Shown here piece after piece: positions 54,462 to 64,000 of a DNA stretch of 64,000 nt. Source of the DNA: Spirochaetia bacterium (GTDB taxonomy: Bacteria; Spirochaetota; Spirochaetia; SZUA-6; Bin103). The notes below the pieces were generated by a model. The model did no database searches. It was not told the DNA's origin and worked only from the letters and a program-made list of their open reading frames with translations. The stretch covers positions 1,248,001-1,312,000 of the forward strand of contig CBDBDQ010000005.1 in assembly GCA_965203905.1 (NCBI GenBank), read 5' to 3'. Position 1 is the stretch's first letter. The number at the start of each line of letters is the position of its first letter. Position numbers and translations under genes: made by a program.

Positions 54462-56828
54462 CTACCGGTGCGTCTTGCGGATCTCCTCGAGGGCGGTGCG
54501 GGCCGTTTCCAGCGCCGGGTCCAGCGAGAGCGCATGCTCGAAGCTGCGCAGGGCTTCATCGATCCGCCCCAGGTGGTACAGGGCGACCGCCAGGTTGGCG
54601 TGGGTCTGCGCGCTCTCCGGGTCGATCTCGAGCAGCCTCCGATACAGGTCGAGGGCCGCGGCGTACCGCTGCTGCTCGAACCGCACCAGGGCAAGACGGT
54701 CGAGCGCCTCCCAGTCGTGCGGGTCCAACTGCGCTGCGCGCTCGAAGTGCTCCGCTGCCGCCTCGGACTGGCCCAGTTCGTACGCCGCGCGGCCCATGAG
54801 ACGGCGCATGGCGCCGGCACGCGACAGGTCGGGCTGCAAGGTCAACGCCCGCGCCAGCGCCGCCAGCGCCGCCTCGTAGCGCTGCAGCCGGAACAGCGCT
54901 TCACCCATGCCGGCGTGCGCCGGCGCGTAGCCGGGGTCGGTCTGCAGCGCCTCGCGATACCTCGCCAGTGCCGCCGCGTAGCGCCCCTGCATCAGGAGCG
55001 CGGCGGCCGCTTCCCGCAGCCTGTCCGCCGCCTTGCGCCGCAGGATCTGCACGCCCTGCTGCGCCGCAGGCAGCGGCGTGAACGCGTGCATGTTGATTTC
55101 CGGCCGCTGCGTCGGATAGGAGAACACCTCCGGTTGCGCAACCAGGTCGAAACTCGCCGTGACTTGGTTCCAGTACTCCTCCGGCGGCTCCCCGAACAGC
55201 ACCACCCAGTCGGGAGTGGTGCCCTTGACCAGGAGCCGCGCGGGCAGCGACTCCACCGTCGCCGGCGGCAGCGGTGTGGCTGCATCCAGCACACAGCAGA
55301 ACAGCACCTGCCGACCGCGGGTGAAGGTCAGCGCCTCGCGGTCGGCAAACCCCGGTACGTACACCAGGTCGTCCTGCGCGGCGTGCGCCAAGAGATAGTC
55401 GGAGACCACGCCAATCGAGTCGCGGTAGGGCCGGTGGATCTCCCGTATGAACTGGACCAGGTGCAGCCCCAGGGTCGGCTCGCCGGTGTGCAGGCTGCGT
55501 ATGTTGAACGGCCAGGCCCCGGCGCTGGAGAACAGCAGCACCGCGACCGCCGCCGCGCCCGCGAGCTTCGACTTGCGCCACGTCCACTCGACAAACAGCC
55601 CCTTCATGGCCAACAGCAGCGGCAGAGCCCCCATGTAATAGCGCAGATCGGCGAAGGGAACTTTAAACGCCCACACCGGCTGTACCGACAGCGCCGCCGA
55701 GAACAGCGCGAACAGCGCGCCCATCAGCACGATCCCGGCGACCGCTTTCACCGGCAGCTCGGCGCCGCGAGCTTCCCGTGGGCTGCGTTCCGCTGCAACC
55801 TCCCGGGCGCCGGCCGCGGCGCGCCTTGGCCGTTTGCTGCCAGCGCCCCGCCGCGCCTTGCGGGCCGCAGGAGTGCCGCGGCGGCTTCGCGCAAGCGGCA
55901 GCAGCAGCATCCCCGCGAACCAGAGGAATACCGGCCACGAGATCCAATCCGCGGCGAACAGGTCGCGGGTGTAGATTCCGATTCGCTGCAGCACGCCCAG
56001 AAGAAACCACGGAGCAGGCCGGCGGACTTCGGCCATCGCGGTCACGCCCGTGAACCCCTGGAACCCTCTGCGCTCGCCGCCGATCACCCCCACCCAGGCG
56101 AGATACGCGGTTCCCAGGGCCGCCACCACCATGGCGCCGGCCGCCAGGGCCAGCCACTGCCGCGGCGTGGTCGTCCGGCCGCGATGTATCAGATGCCACG
56201 CCGCGAGCGCCAGCATGGTCGCCGCGCCGCCGTTGTAGTGATTGAAGAACGCCAGCAGGGCGACCAGCGTCAGCGCACCCAGATACACCGTCTTTCCGCT
56301 TCGCCACCAGCGCTCGTAGAAGTAGAACGCGGCGATCAGCGCGCACGCCATGAACGCGTAATAACGCGACTGGCGGAAGTACAGCAGCAGTTGCGGCGAG
56401 CAGGCGGCGAACAGGAGGCAGCACAGGATCAGCCGCGGCTGTTGCGCCAGGTGCTGCCGCAGAAGCAGGTAGAGCAGCCCGAGCGACAGAATCCCGATCA
56501 ACGCCGGCATGATGCGCGCACCGGTCTCGTTGACCCCGAACACCGCCATTCCCGCCGCGTTCAGCACGTACATCAGGGGCGGCAGCACGTCGCGCAACTC
56601 GTCGTTCAGGGTGCGGCCATTGGTCCCCCCCACCAGGTTGCGCCCGTCCCACCCCGTGATGTCCCCCTGCTGCAGCAGGTTGCGGCCGATCAGCGCCGCC
56701 GGCGCCTCGTCGTGCCACAGGGCGGCGTAGTCCAGGTTCGCCAGGCACAGATAGGCGGCCGCGGCCAACACGCACAGGGTCGGCACCGCGTACGGCGCGC
56801 CGCGTATATGTCGAGCCAGGCGCCACAC
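54462..56828 (-). CDS. GT-C glycosyltransferase with TPRs, paralog of 2385-4655
   Basis: LWHDEAPAALIGRNLL...; colinear with the first copy and has a longer TPR tail. Confidence 0.82.
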   Translation of the reverse strand: MWRLARHIRGAPYAVPTLCVLAAAAYLCLANLDYAALWHDEAPAALIGRNLLQQGDITGWDGRNLVGGTNGRTLNDELRDVLPPLMYVLNAAGMAVFGVNETGARIMPALIGILSLGLLYLLLRQHLAQQPRLILCCLLFAACSPQLLLYFRQSRYYAFMACALIAAFYFYERWWRSGKTVYLGALTLVALLAFFNHYNGGAATMLALAAWHLIHRGRTTTPRQWLALAAGAMVVAALGTAYLAWVGVIGGERRGFQGFTGVTAMAEVRRPAPWFLLGVLQRIGIYTRDLFAADWISWPVFLWFAGMLLLPLARSRRGTPAARKARRGAGSKRPRRAAAGAREVAAERSPREARGAELPVKAVAGIVLMGALFALFSAALSVQPVWAFKVPFADLRYYMGALPLLLAMKGLFVEWTWRKSKLAGAAAVAVLLFSSAGAWPFNIRSLHTGEPTLGLHLVQFIREIHRPYRDSIGVVSDYLLAHAAQDDLVYVPGFADREALTFTRGRQVLFCCVLDAATPLPPATVESLPARLLVKGTTPDWVVLFGEPPEEYWNQVTASFDLVAQPEVFSYPTQRPEINMHAFTPLPAAQQGVQILRRKAADRLREAAAALLMQGRYAAALARYREALQTDPGYAPAHAGMGEALFRLQRYEAALAALARALTLQPDLSRAGAMRRLMGRAAYELGQSEAAAEHFERAAQLDPHDWEALDRLALVRFEQQRYAAALDLYRRLLEIDPESAQTHANLAVALYHLGRIDEALRSFEHALSLDPALETARTALEEIRKTHR

Positions 56829-57110
56829 TTGCCGAGCAGTCGCGGCGTCAGCCGCGTGCCAGCCGCGCTACCGGTTCGGCAAGGACTCCGCGACCGACCT
56901 GGAGCAACTGGAGTTTGACGAAATGGAGTTGCAAACGCGGCAATAGTGGGCTATTAATTGGTCATAATCGCAATTATAGGCGCAATGATCAGCCCAATTA
57001 CTGCAATGACAGCAACGTCAATCAAGATAGTGAATCAAAGCGATTAGTCCGCCGATCATCCCCAAAAATGGCCACTGCTTTTCCCATGATCTACTCTTTG
57101 ACTATAACCA

Positions 57111-57307
57111 CGCCGGTACGGCCTTTGTTGCGTATGTTCCGTAGTCGACGTTGTACGCAGCGCTCCCTCGCTCCCTTACGTGATTACGTATATTGCGGTC
57201 CCGAATGCACCGCAGATCAACAGTGGAAGGAAGGTTTTTGTGGTAGCTGGTCGTACGCCTCGGCAACTACCGACTCGGTAGATTTCGACCGTCGTTGGCG
57301 ATCGCAC
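57111..57307. repeat. Structured non-coding repeat, copy 2
   Basis: See copy 1. Confidence 0.9.
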
Positions 57308-57585
57308 TTTGAGCTCCTGGAGGAGCGATTTCTCGGCCACGGCCAGGATACGCCCACATCACGCTGGAGCCGCTGATTGCCGCTGTCCGTAGTTGGGGCC
57401 GCGGCGAGTCGGTGGATGCCGGACGCGTCGTGGTCAGCGCCAGGGACACCTATTGACGGTTCGTACTAACAGGACAGGCCACCTGAGGTCGGCCTCCCAA
57501 ATTAGACTAGTAGGTCCTATCCCGTGACCGCGATCTTCGGTGGGCTATGGCGCGGGCCTGATCGATAGTGGAGGGGCGGGTCGCC

Positions 57586-58600
57586 TCACCGCGCGCTCGG
57601 TCTGGGCATGCGGTAGCCGACCCCGCGCTCGGTCAAGATGTAGGTGGGCTTGGCGGGGACATCGCCGAGCTTGCGGCGCAGAGTTTTCACCAGGGTGCGC
57701 ACCCGCTCCGAGCTGCCTGAGTGGGGCAGGCGCCACACTTGGCGCAGCAGCTCGTCGTAGGTCACCAGGCGCCCGGCGTTCACCGAGAGCACGCGCAGCA
57801 ATTCGTATTCGGTCGCCGTCAGCCGCACCTCGCGATTCGCCACGGTCACCCGGCGTTCCAGGTAGTCGATGGAAAGCCCCTTCAGGACGAACGGTTTCGC
57901 CCGGTTCGGGCTCGCTGCGGCGGCGCAGCGCCGCGTTGATCCGCGCCGTGAGCTCGGTCGCCGAGAACGGCTTGACGATATAGTCGGCGGCGCCGGTCTC
58001 CAGGGCCTTGGCGATGGTCTCGCCCCGTTCGTAGCCGGAGATGAAGATGACCGGCAGATCGGCCAGTTCGGGCAGCTCCTCCATCAGCTCGATCCCATCG
58101 GTCCCGGGCAGCACCAGGTCCAGCAGGATGAGCTGGGGCTTCTCGGCGCGGATGATATGGGCCAACTCCTGATGATCACCGGTGACGATCGGGTCGTAGC
58201 CGGCCGTGGCGAGTGCATCGCGCACGTAGCGCAGCATCAGCGGATCGTCGTCTACCACCAGAATGCGTGTCGGCTCGGGTCCTTCCGCCCATCCGCGAGA
58301 CCTGCTCCGGGCGACCTCGCGCACGGCGCCGGCGGCGGCCTCCACCACAGGAATCGTGAACGTGAACCGCATGCCCTGGCCCTCACCGGCACTCTCGGCC
58401 CAGATGCGGCCGCCGTGCGCTTCCACCAGCCCCTTGCAGATGGCGAGGCCCAAGCCGGAGCTCCCGAGTCCGCGCTCCGCGTCCCCGCCGCCGACGTGTT
58501 TCCGAAACAGGTGCGGAAGCCGCTCCTGCGGCATGCCCCTGCCCTGGTCGGAGACCGAGATCGCCACGTGCACCGCTTCTTGCACCGCGGCGACCCGGAT
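57586..58600 (-). pseudogene. Hybrid HATPase-receiver-winged-helix regulator, N-truncated, frameshift near 57900
   Basis: VSDQGRG, GLGLAICKGLVEAHGG; ILVVDDD, LLDLVLP, DYIVKPF; LTATEYELL...YILTERGVGY. Confidence 0.85.
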
Positions 58601-58683
58601 CGAGGAGGAGGTCGGGGTTGCCGACTTGTGGTCGCCGCGTGCGGGAATGAGGGCACGGAGTCGGAGGTTCCGATGGTTGGCGG

Positions 58684-58970
58684 CACATCTTGTGGCTGCG
58701 TCTGACCAGCCACCGCATCTTCATCAAGTTCTCTCTGACCGGTGCGAGCCGGTTGTTCGTCAATCTGGGCTCGTTCACCTGCTGCTGCAGCTCGGCCTGC
58801 ACCGCTACCTGGCCTCGCCGCTTGCCATCGAGCACGCGGATCCGGGCGGTGAAGTTCAACGCGGTGTCCCTGTTGGCGCTGGGCGTGAGCTACGGCACGT
58901 TCCCGCTGCCGTCGCGGGCGGCGCCGGAGTGGCTGCAGGGACTGGTGATCCTGCCCGCGGCGCTGGTCAC
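58684..58970 (+). pseudogene. GT2-GtrA C-terminal fragment
   Basis: WLRLTSHRIFIKF...FVNLGSF...VSYGTF...WLQGL matches 15136-15500 with deletions. Confidence 0.85.
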
Positions 58971-58988
58971 TTTCGGGAGCACCTGATT

Positions 58989-59168
58989 CTAAGGATTACT
59001 CCGGCGAATCAATACCCACGTGACACCATGATCTCCGCGCTGACATGGTGGGAACGTTTCATCTTCGGAAAGGGGAATCTCGGGGCGATGAAAACATTGA
59101 GCTCTATAGACGCCAGAGCGTTGACATGTTTGCCCCGTTCTTCCGATCACTATTGAATATCTGTTCAT
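58989..59168 (-). CDS. YjzC-like small protein
   Basis: RTGQTCQRSGVY...C.H..EIPL...ETFPPC....V.W.L. Confidence 0.72.
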   Translation of the reverse strand: MNRYSIVIGRTGQTCQRSGVYRAQCFHRPEIPLSEDETFPPCQRGDHGVTWVLIRRSNP

Positions 59169-59371
59169 ATCTTTCATACCACGGAACAAGGTCCTTTGCT
59201 GAATCTAAAACAAGTGACGCCTTGGTAAGCCTTGTGAGCCCGATTGGTACCGGGCTGTTTTGCAGGAGCCAAGGGTCGTAGATCGCGATGGTGGTGATCA
59301 ACGGTAGAAGCCGTAGTTTTTCAGTAGCCGGTCAAGCACCGTGCAACCTACCGAATCGGTGGTCAACGACA

Positions 59372-59460
59372 GGCGTCACCAAGCTCGGCTTCGCCAGCGT
59401 ACTGGAGCTCTTCTACCACATCTCGTGGCTGCGCCTGACCAGCCATCGCACATTTATAAA
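59372..59460 (+). pseudogene. GT2-GtrA linker fragment
   Basis: GVTKLGFASVLELFYHISWLRLTSHRTFI matches 15091-15180. Confidence 0.85.
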
Positions 59461-59567
59461 TGCTGGACAGTTGACAGCAATCTCAAGTGTGGTAAGCTGG
59501 CGTCTGTCGAAATCGGCGCGGCATCTCTCTACGAGCAGGTGCCCAGCGTCCAAATGGGAGAAGCACT

Positions 59568-59897
59568 ATGATCTACAAGGTCTTCAAGGTGGTAGCGATA
59601 TTGACTGCTGGTGTTCTGTTCGCGACGGGCTGTGCCGGCGTTACCCACACGGTGGAGGTGGGGTTCTTCCACCACCCGCCCGACGAATTTGAAGACAACG
59701 GAGGATCAAACCTGACATTAGGTGGGACGGCTAATCTGCAGTTTGGCGCCAAGGGCATCGAAACCGTGGAGGGCTGCGGCTCGGTCCGATACGGGTTTTG
59801 GGAAACCGACGACGATAACAGGACGGCGAGCAACACCATCCCTGCAGAGTTCTGCACGGAGTGGGATCTGCTCTACGCTGACTCCAGCGACGAGTAA
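59568..59897 (+). CDS. Small lipoprotein
   Basis: GGGAG RBS; lipobox ATG-C (Ala-Thr-Gly-Cys). Confidence 0.75.
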   Translation: MIYKVFKVVAILTAGVLFATGCAGVTHTVEVGFFHHPPDEFEDNGGSNLTLGGTANLQFGAKGIETVEGCGSVRYGFWETDDDNRTASNTIPAEFCTEWDLLYADSSDE

Positions 59898-60075
59898 CGA
59901 ATCGTAGCGATGGCGTTGAACCGGCGGGGTCTGAGTTCTTGACCGGCGGGCGTGGCGTACTTGCTATACTTGTCACGTCCGCTGAGGAGCATGATAAAAG
60001 GCTGAGTCGAATCGATCGGCTCGCGGACCGATGGCTCATGCGTCTGGTTCAGCGTTCTTCTTGCGGGCATGCAGA

Positions 60076-61085
60076 ATGAGCGGCGCTACTAGATTCCGAT
60101 TGATGGCAGCGCGCCTCGTCCTGATGAGCGCACTGGGCTTGTACCTGAGTTCCTGTGACCTGTTTCTGCCGCCCTCCGAGCCGAAGTTCGGCAGTCGCAC
60201 GATTCCGGAACCGACGCCCACTACTTCAGGGTGGAGGTGCAATCCTCCGCCCGCCTGATTGCCGCCACCGACGGCAATCACAGGTACGCGGATACGGTCG
60301 TCAGCATCGAGGGCGTGCCCGGCCACGAGCCGAACACCTCGGACTCGATGGATGCGGTGCAGGAGGTCCCAGTGGCAGTGCCGGGAGATCGCACCTCCGT
60401 TCGGCGCCTACGTCGACGATCTGCTGATCTACGTCTACCTGGAGCACCTGGATGGATTCGCGGGACGCGGCGGCCCTGTTTTCACGCTCAGCGCAAGCGG
60501 ACGGCGCACCGGGGCTGCCCGACATCGGTACCATGTGGTTCGACCCGCGGCACCTGTCCGCGGACACACTGCACTTCACGGCGCTGCACGAGGCAGGTCA
60601 CGTGCTCGGCTTCGGCACGCTGTGGGACCGCTTCGGATACCTGCAGGACCCATCCGCCGCTGCTGCCCGGCCGCCGGACACCCACTTCAGCGGCGAGGTG
60701 GCCATCGCCGCCTTCAATCGCGCCGGCGGCGCAAGCTATCCCGGCGCCAAGGTCCCGGTGGAGAACGATACCGCCCGCTACCCGGGTGCCGAAAGACAGC
60801 CACTGACGCGAATCGGTGTTCGGCGACGAACTGATGACCGGCGGCGCGCGCGGCGTCCGGGGTACGTTCGAACCGCTCAGCAGGGTGACCGTCGCCTCCC
60901 TGGCCGACCTCGGCTATGCCGTCAACTACCCCGCGGCGGACGCCTTCCGCCTGCCGCGTCCCAGCTCCGCGCTCCGCGACGCGCTGCAACGCGGTACCAT
61001 CCACGTCGCCGGGGACACCTTCCCGGAGCCACCGACGGTGGTGGATCTGCCCGAGACCGTTACCCGCGTCCTTAACCGCGACTGA
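60076..61085 (+). pseudogene. Leishmanolysin-like zinc metallopeptidase lipoprotein, degraded
   Basis: Lipobox LSS-C; VDDLLI; LHEAGHVLGFG; VPVEN; SH*RESVFGDELMT (W replaced by stop); ASLADLGY. Confidence 0.82.
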
Positions 61086-61147
61086 CCGTGCCGCATCAAA
61101 AGCACGCCCTACTGATGCGACTGCGTACGGACTGCCAAGATGCACAA

Positions 61148-61717
61148 TCACTCGCCTCGTGGTGGATCACACCGACTCCTGTAGTCTCCAGTCGCAGCTG
61201 CACTGTCCGTATTCGAATAGTCAATACGCACCAATGCATCCCTTATCTCGAATACAAGAGTCGCTTCAACTTGAGACAACTCGTCAACAAAGCTCGTCAC
61301 TATGTCAACGGCATCCGTCACGGCGCCACCATTCTCAGTTATCCATGCTTCCTCATATGTGTCGCCTTTATCAAAGCGATATCGTACATCGATCGGATTG
61401 CCCCCGTCATAGTAACTTCGAGCATCGAGATTCGGTCTCATCATGATTCTATGGCGCACCTCGTCATTGCACGACAGGAACACCATATCTTCAGAGATGC
61501 GCCCCACTCTTTTTTCGAGAGACATCAGTTTCGCAGGATTAATGATATAACCTGGGACACAAATCAATCCGTGTGTCATCTCGTCAGTAAAATCATCGAT
61601 ATCCGTGAATACGTCACAAATACCGTACGACTTTACGTCCTTTACTTCAGCCCACATGGATATCGGAGAAAGAACCAACAAAACAAGCATCGATAGTCGT
61701 CGGGAAAACGTCAACAT
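61148..61717 (-). CDS. Secreted hypothetical protein, lower GC
   Basis: Signal-like leader; the ATG overlaps the upstream stop (TGATG); DDFTD and VRYRFDK motifs. Confidence 0.7.
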   Translation of the reverse strand: MLTFSRRLSMLVLLVLSPISMWAEVKDVKSYGICDVFTDIDDFTDEMTHGLICVPGYIINPAKLMSLEKRVGRISEDMVFLSCNDEVRHRIMMRPNLDARSYYDGGNPIDVRYRFDKGDTYEEAWITENGGAVTDAVDIVTSFVDELSQVEATLVFEIRDALVRIDYSNTDSAAATGDYRSRCDPPRGE

Positions 61718-62850
61718 CACGGACAGTGGCTCGGCACCACCGGGCACCACGAGCCCGACAGCTCCGCGTCAAGGTAGGCGATCCGATTGGGGATCGTGAC
61801 GCTGATCAGGTCGACCATCGCCTCCGTTGCCCGCTCCGCTCGATACCGGACTATCAGGTACGGCACGAAACTCTCCGCGAGGTCCTCACGCATCGGACGG
61901 TCCTGAGCGTAGGTGGAGATGAACGTTGGATCTGCGGCCTGTGCCGCCAGCCAGCCGGGCGCCAGCTCGTGGATCTCGTCAAGGGACGTGTGCACCCCCT
62001 CATGGAGCAACACTTCCTCGAGATAGTTGCCGGGGCCGCTGGGCGAATAGTCTCCGTTCTCCCTGCGCTCGGCGCGATCGGTATGAATCAGGATGTTGCG
62101 GTTTCCACCCCCGAAGCTCTCGTCGCCGCGATGAATCCACAAGGTCTCGACGTTCACGCGCAGCAACCTCGGTAGCTTTCCGACGTAGGCTGCGTACTTT
62201 GCCGCCTGCGGCTCCGCAGCTTCCCGGCTGCCGAACTCGGCGTTGACCTGCACCTCGATCGTGAGTCCGTCGCCGTACGTGGCATCGAACAGGTACGCCT
62301 CGGTATCCGCGAAACTGCCGGTCCGCCTGTCGAACATCACTCGCGTGCCGATCCCGGTGTAGGTCAGGGACTCGAACATCGTCGGGTCAGCGTCGGTGAT
62401 GACGTCCGGGTTGATGAACACCGTACCGGAGTAGGGCGGCTCGGTAGGCTGCACAGTGATGCTGAAGGCAACCGTGGCGGCGTCGCTCACAGCGGTGTTG
62501 GCGTCGCCATCCTGCACTTGGTAGGTCATCTCATAGATGCCGGCGGCGGTCGGCGTACCGCTCAGCGTGCGCGACGCGGTGGCAAACGTCAGCCCCGGGA
62601 CCGCCGGTTCGAGCGAGTAGGACAGCGGGCCGTTGCCGCCGCTGGCCGCCGGCAGGGTCAGACGGGTGATGACCTCGCCCACGGCGTACGTCTGGTCGGG
62701 CACGGTGGCGGTATCAGCGAAGGCAGGGGCGGTGTCGGAGACCGCGGTGGCCCCCCTGCAGGCGGCCAACCCCAGTACCGCGCCAAGCGCCGCGGGGAGC
62801 AGCAGCAGCATCGGGCTGCTGATCTTCCGGTTCGGTTTGGACCTCGACAT
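61717..62850 (-). CDS. Lipoprotein with a putative Ig (He_PIG-like) domain and an HExxH metallopeptidase-like domain
   Basis: GGGAGG RBS; LAA-C; LTLPAASGGNGPLSYSL...GLTF....RTLSGTPT; LLHEGVH; ISTYA...EDLAES. Confidence 0.85.
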   Translation of the reverse strand: MSRSKPNRKISSPMLLLLPAALGAVLGLAACRGATAVSDTAPAFADTATVPDQTYAVGEVITRLTLPAASGGNGPLSYSLEPAVPGLTFATASRTLSGTPTAAGIYEMTYQVQDGDANTAVSDAATVAFSITVQPTEPPYSGTVFINPDVITDADPTMFESLTYTGIGTRVMFDRRTGSFADTEAYLFDATYGDGLTIEVQVNAEFGSREAAEPQAAKYAAYVGKLPRLLRVNVETLWIHRGDESFGGGNRNILIHTDRAERRENGDYSPSGPGNYLEEVLLHEGVHTSLDEIHELAPGWLAAQAADPTFISTYAQDRPMREDLAESFVPYLIVRYRAERATEAMVDLISVTIPNRIAYLDAELSGSWCPVVPSHCP

Positions 62851-63001
62851 CGTGCCCTCCCGGTGACAAATGCCCTGTGGGCGAGGCACCGCCGCGACCG
62901 CATGAGGACGGCCCACGCCCCTTCCGGGGCCGCATTGCTCCCAGGCACCGACCATTGCCCTGGCGGTTGGTCGCCACTCGGCCGGTCGAACGAATGAACC
63001 G

Positions 63002-63177
63002 CGCCGGGTACGGCCTTTGTTGCGCAGGTTCCGTAGTCGGCGTTGTACGCAGCGCTCTCTCACGTGCTTAGGTATATTGCGGTCCCGAATGCACCGCAGG
63101 ATCAACAGTGGAAGCAAGGTTTTTGTGGTAGCTGGTCCTACGCCTCGGTAACTACCGACTCGGCAGATGTCGACCGT
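63002..63177. repeat. Structured non-coding repeat, copy 3
   Basis: See copy 1. Confidence 0.9.
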
Positions 63178-63491
63178 TCGGAGCAAACACACCTACCCCA
63201 CGACCTACCGGGCGACCGACGAAAAGGACCGGTCCGCCACCCTGAAGTACACGGTCACCGTAGTCGGCGCGATCGGCGGCAGCCCCGCGACGGCCACCGT
63301 CATCCGGCCCGGCTCTCCGATCCGCGGCGAGCTCGAACCGGGGACCGATGCCACTACTTCAAGGTCGACGTGCAATCCTGCGCCAGCCTTATTGCCGCCA
63401 CGGATAGCAACCAGAGGTACCGGATACGCGACTGCACCGGCTCAAGGCTCAAGGCTCAAGGCGATCCCGGGCCGGTCGTTGCGTTCGAGTG

Positions 63492-63597
63492 GGTGCGGGA
63501 GATCAGCGTGCTCGGCTACGCCTTTCAGGTGTCACTGCTGCGCTGCCTGCTGCACAGCGGCGCGTGGGTGATGGAGGAACCGATCCACTTCCGCGGC
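63492..63597 (+). pseudogene. GT2 internal fragment
   Basis: EISVLGYAFQVSLLRCLLHSGAWVMEEPIHFR matches 14977-15080. Confidence 0.88.
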
Positions 63598-64000
63598 CAC
63601 GCTCGCGGCTGCCGACGGGACCGTGGCGGGTTCTGTAGGACAACAGCATGCGCGCCGGACAGCGCCGTGAAGAGCACAGCCGAGCAACGATCTCTCATCC
63701 TCGTGAGATTGGCTTGGCCTCACGCTGTACCGCGTACTTCCGATGCTCTTGCGCCAAATCGTAGATCGCCTGCATCCGCATCCAGTGTTCTGCGTCGCTC
63801 CAGCCAATCCGCTCCAGCGCCCGGGCCAGCGCCGCCGACACGCCGGCGTGCCCGTTCAGCACCCGTGACCGCGCTACCCGGCTTATGGTACCCTAATCTA
63901 CTGGGGTGGTGATTTAGAATCATGATTCTTGGATCATCCAAAGGTAAAGTTAGTGTTGGAGGCTATAGTAATGAGTTTTGATACGCTTGTAGACTATTTT

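Noticed and set aside
56940-57090. AT-rich CAAT repeats as a regulatory array
   Set aside because: More simply read as Ile/Val-rich codons of a decayed minus-strand membrane peptide.
57465-57520. IS630-like end (ACTAACAGGACAGGCCAC)
   Set aside because: No transposase, partner end or TA duplication; too short to support.
21363-62850. Classical integron cassette array
   Set aside because: No intI gene. No convincing RYYYAAC...GTTRRRY attC after the cargo stops; the GTTAGCC near 22884 pairs only partially.
1-64000. tRNA or rRNA genes as integration sites
   Set aside because: No cloverleaf or rRNA-like sequence was recognised by eye.

Overview
High-GC bacterial accessory region. The LptC proteins are of the Spirochaetia type, and the eukaryote-like domains (thrombospondin-3, vWA, Calx-beta/cadherin-like, collagen, TPR, leishmanolysin-like) suggest a host-associated, possibly sponge-symbiont spirochaete (inference). 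Positions 0.8-17.3 kb hold a TSP3/vWA lipoprotein, a GT-C/TPR glycosyltransferase, a ~2,670-aa Calx-beta repeat autotransporter-like adhesin split by one frameshift, and a lipid-linked glycosylation cluster (GT22/PIG-B-like pseudogene, GT2-GtrA fusion, TMTC-like transferase). From ~17 kb to the end the window is a collage. Seven co-oriented, diverged copies or fragments of lptC, none followed by lptA/lptB, punctuate a string of lower-GC cargo genes (lipoproteins, nucleases, hypotheticals). Short spliced pieces of the glycosylation genes are interleaved with them. The region also contains a ~3.1-kb direct duplication carrying Uma2 nucleases around an Rpn gene, three copies of a ~170-200 bp structured non-coding repeat, a group IIC intron 5' fragment behind a terminator, and IS1634, IS66 and ISKra4-type elements (inverted ends for all, target duplications for IS66 and ISKra4). 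No rRNA, tRNA or CRISPR array was seen. All family calls come from motif recognition, not database searches. Some single-base frameshifts may be sequencing errors.
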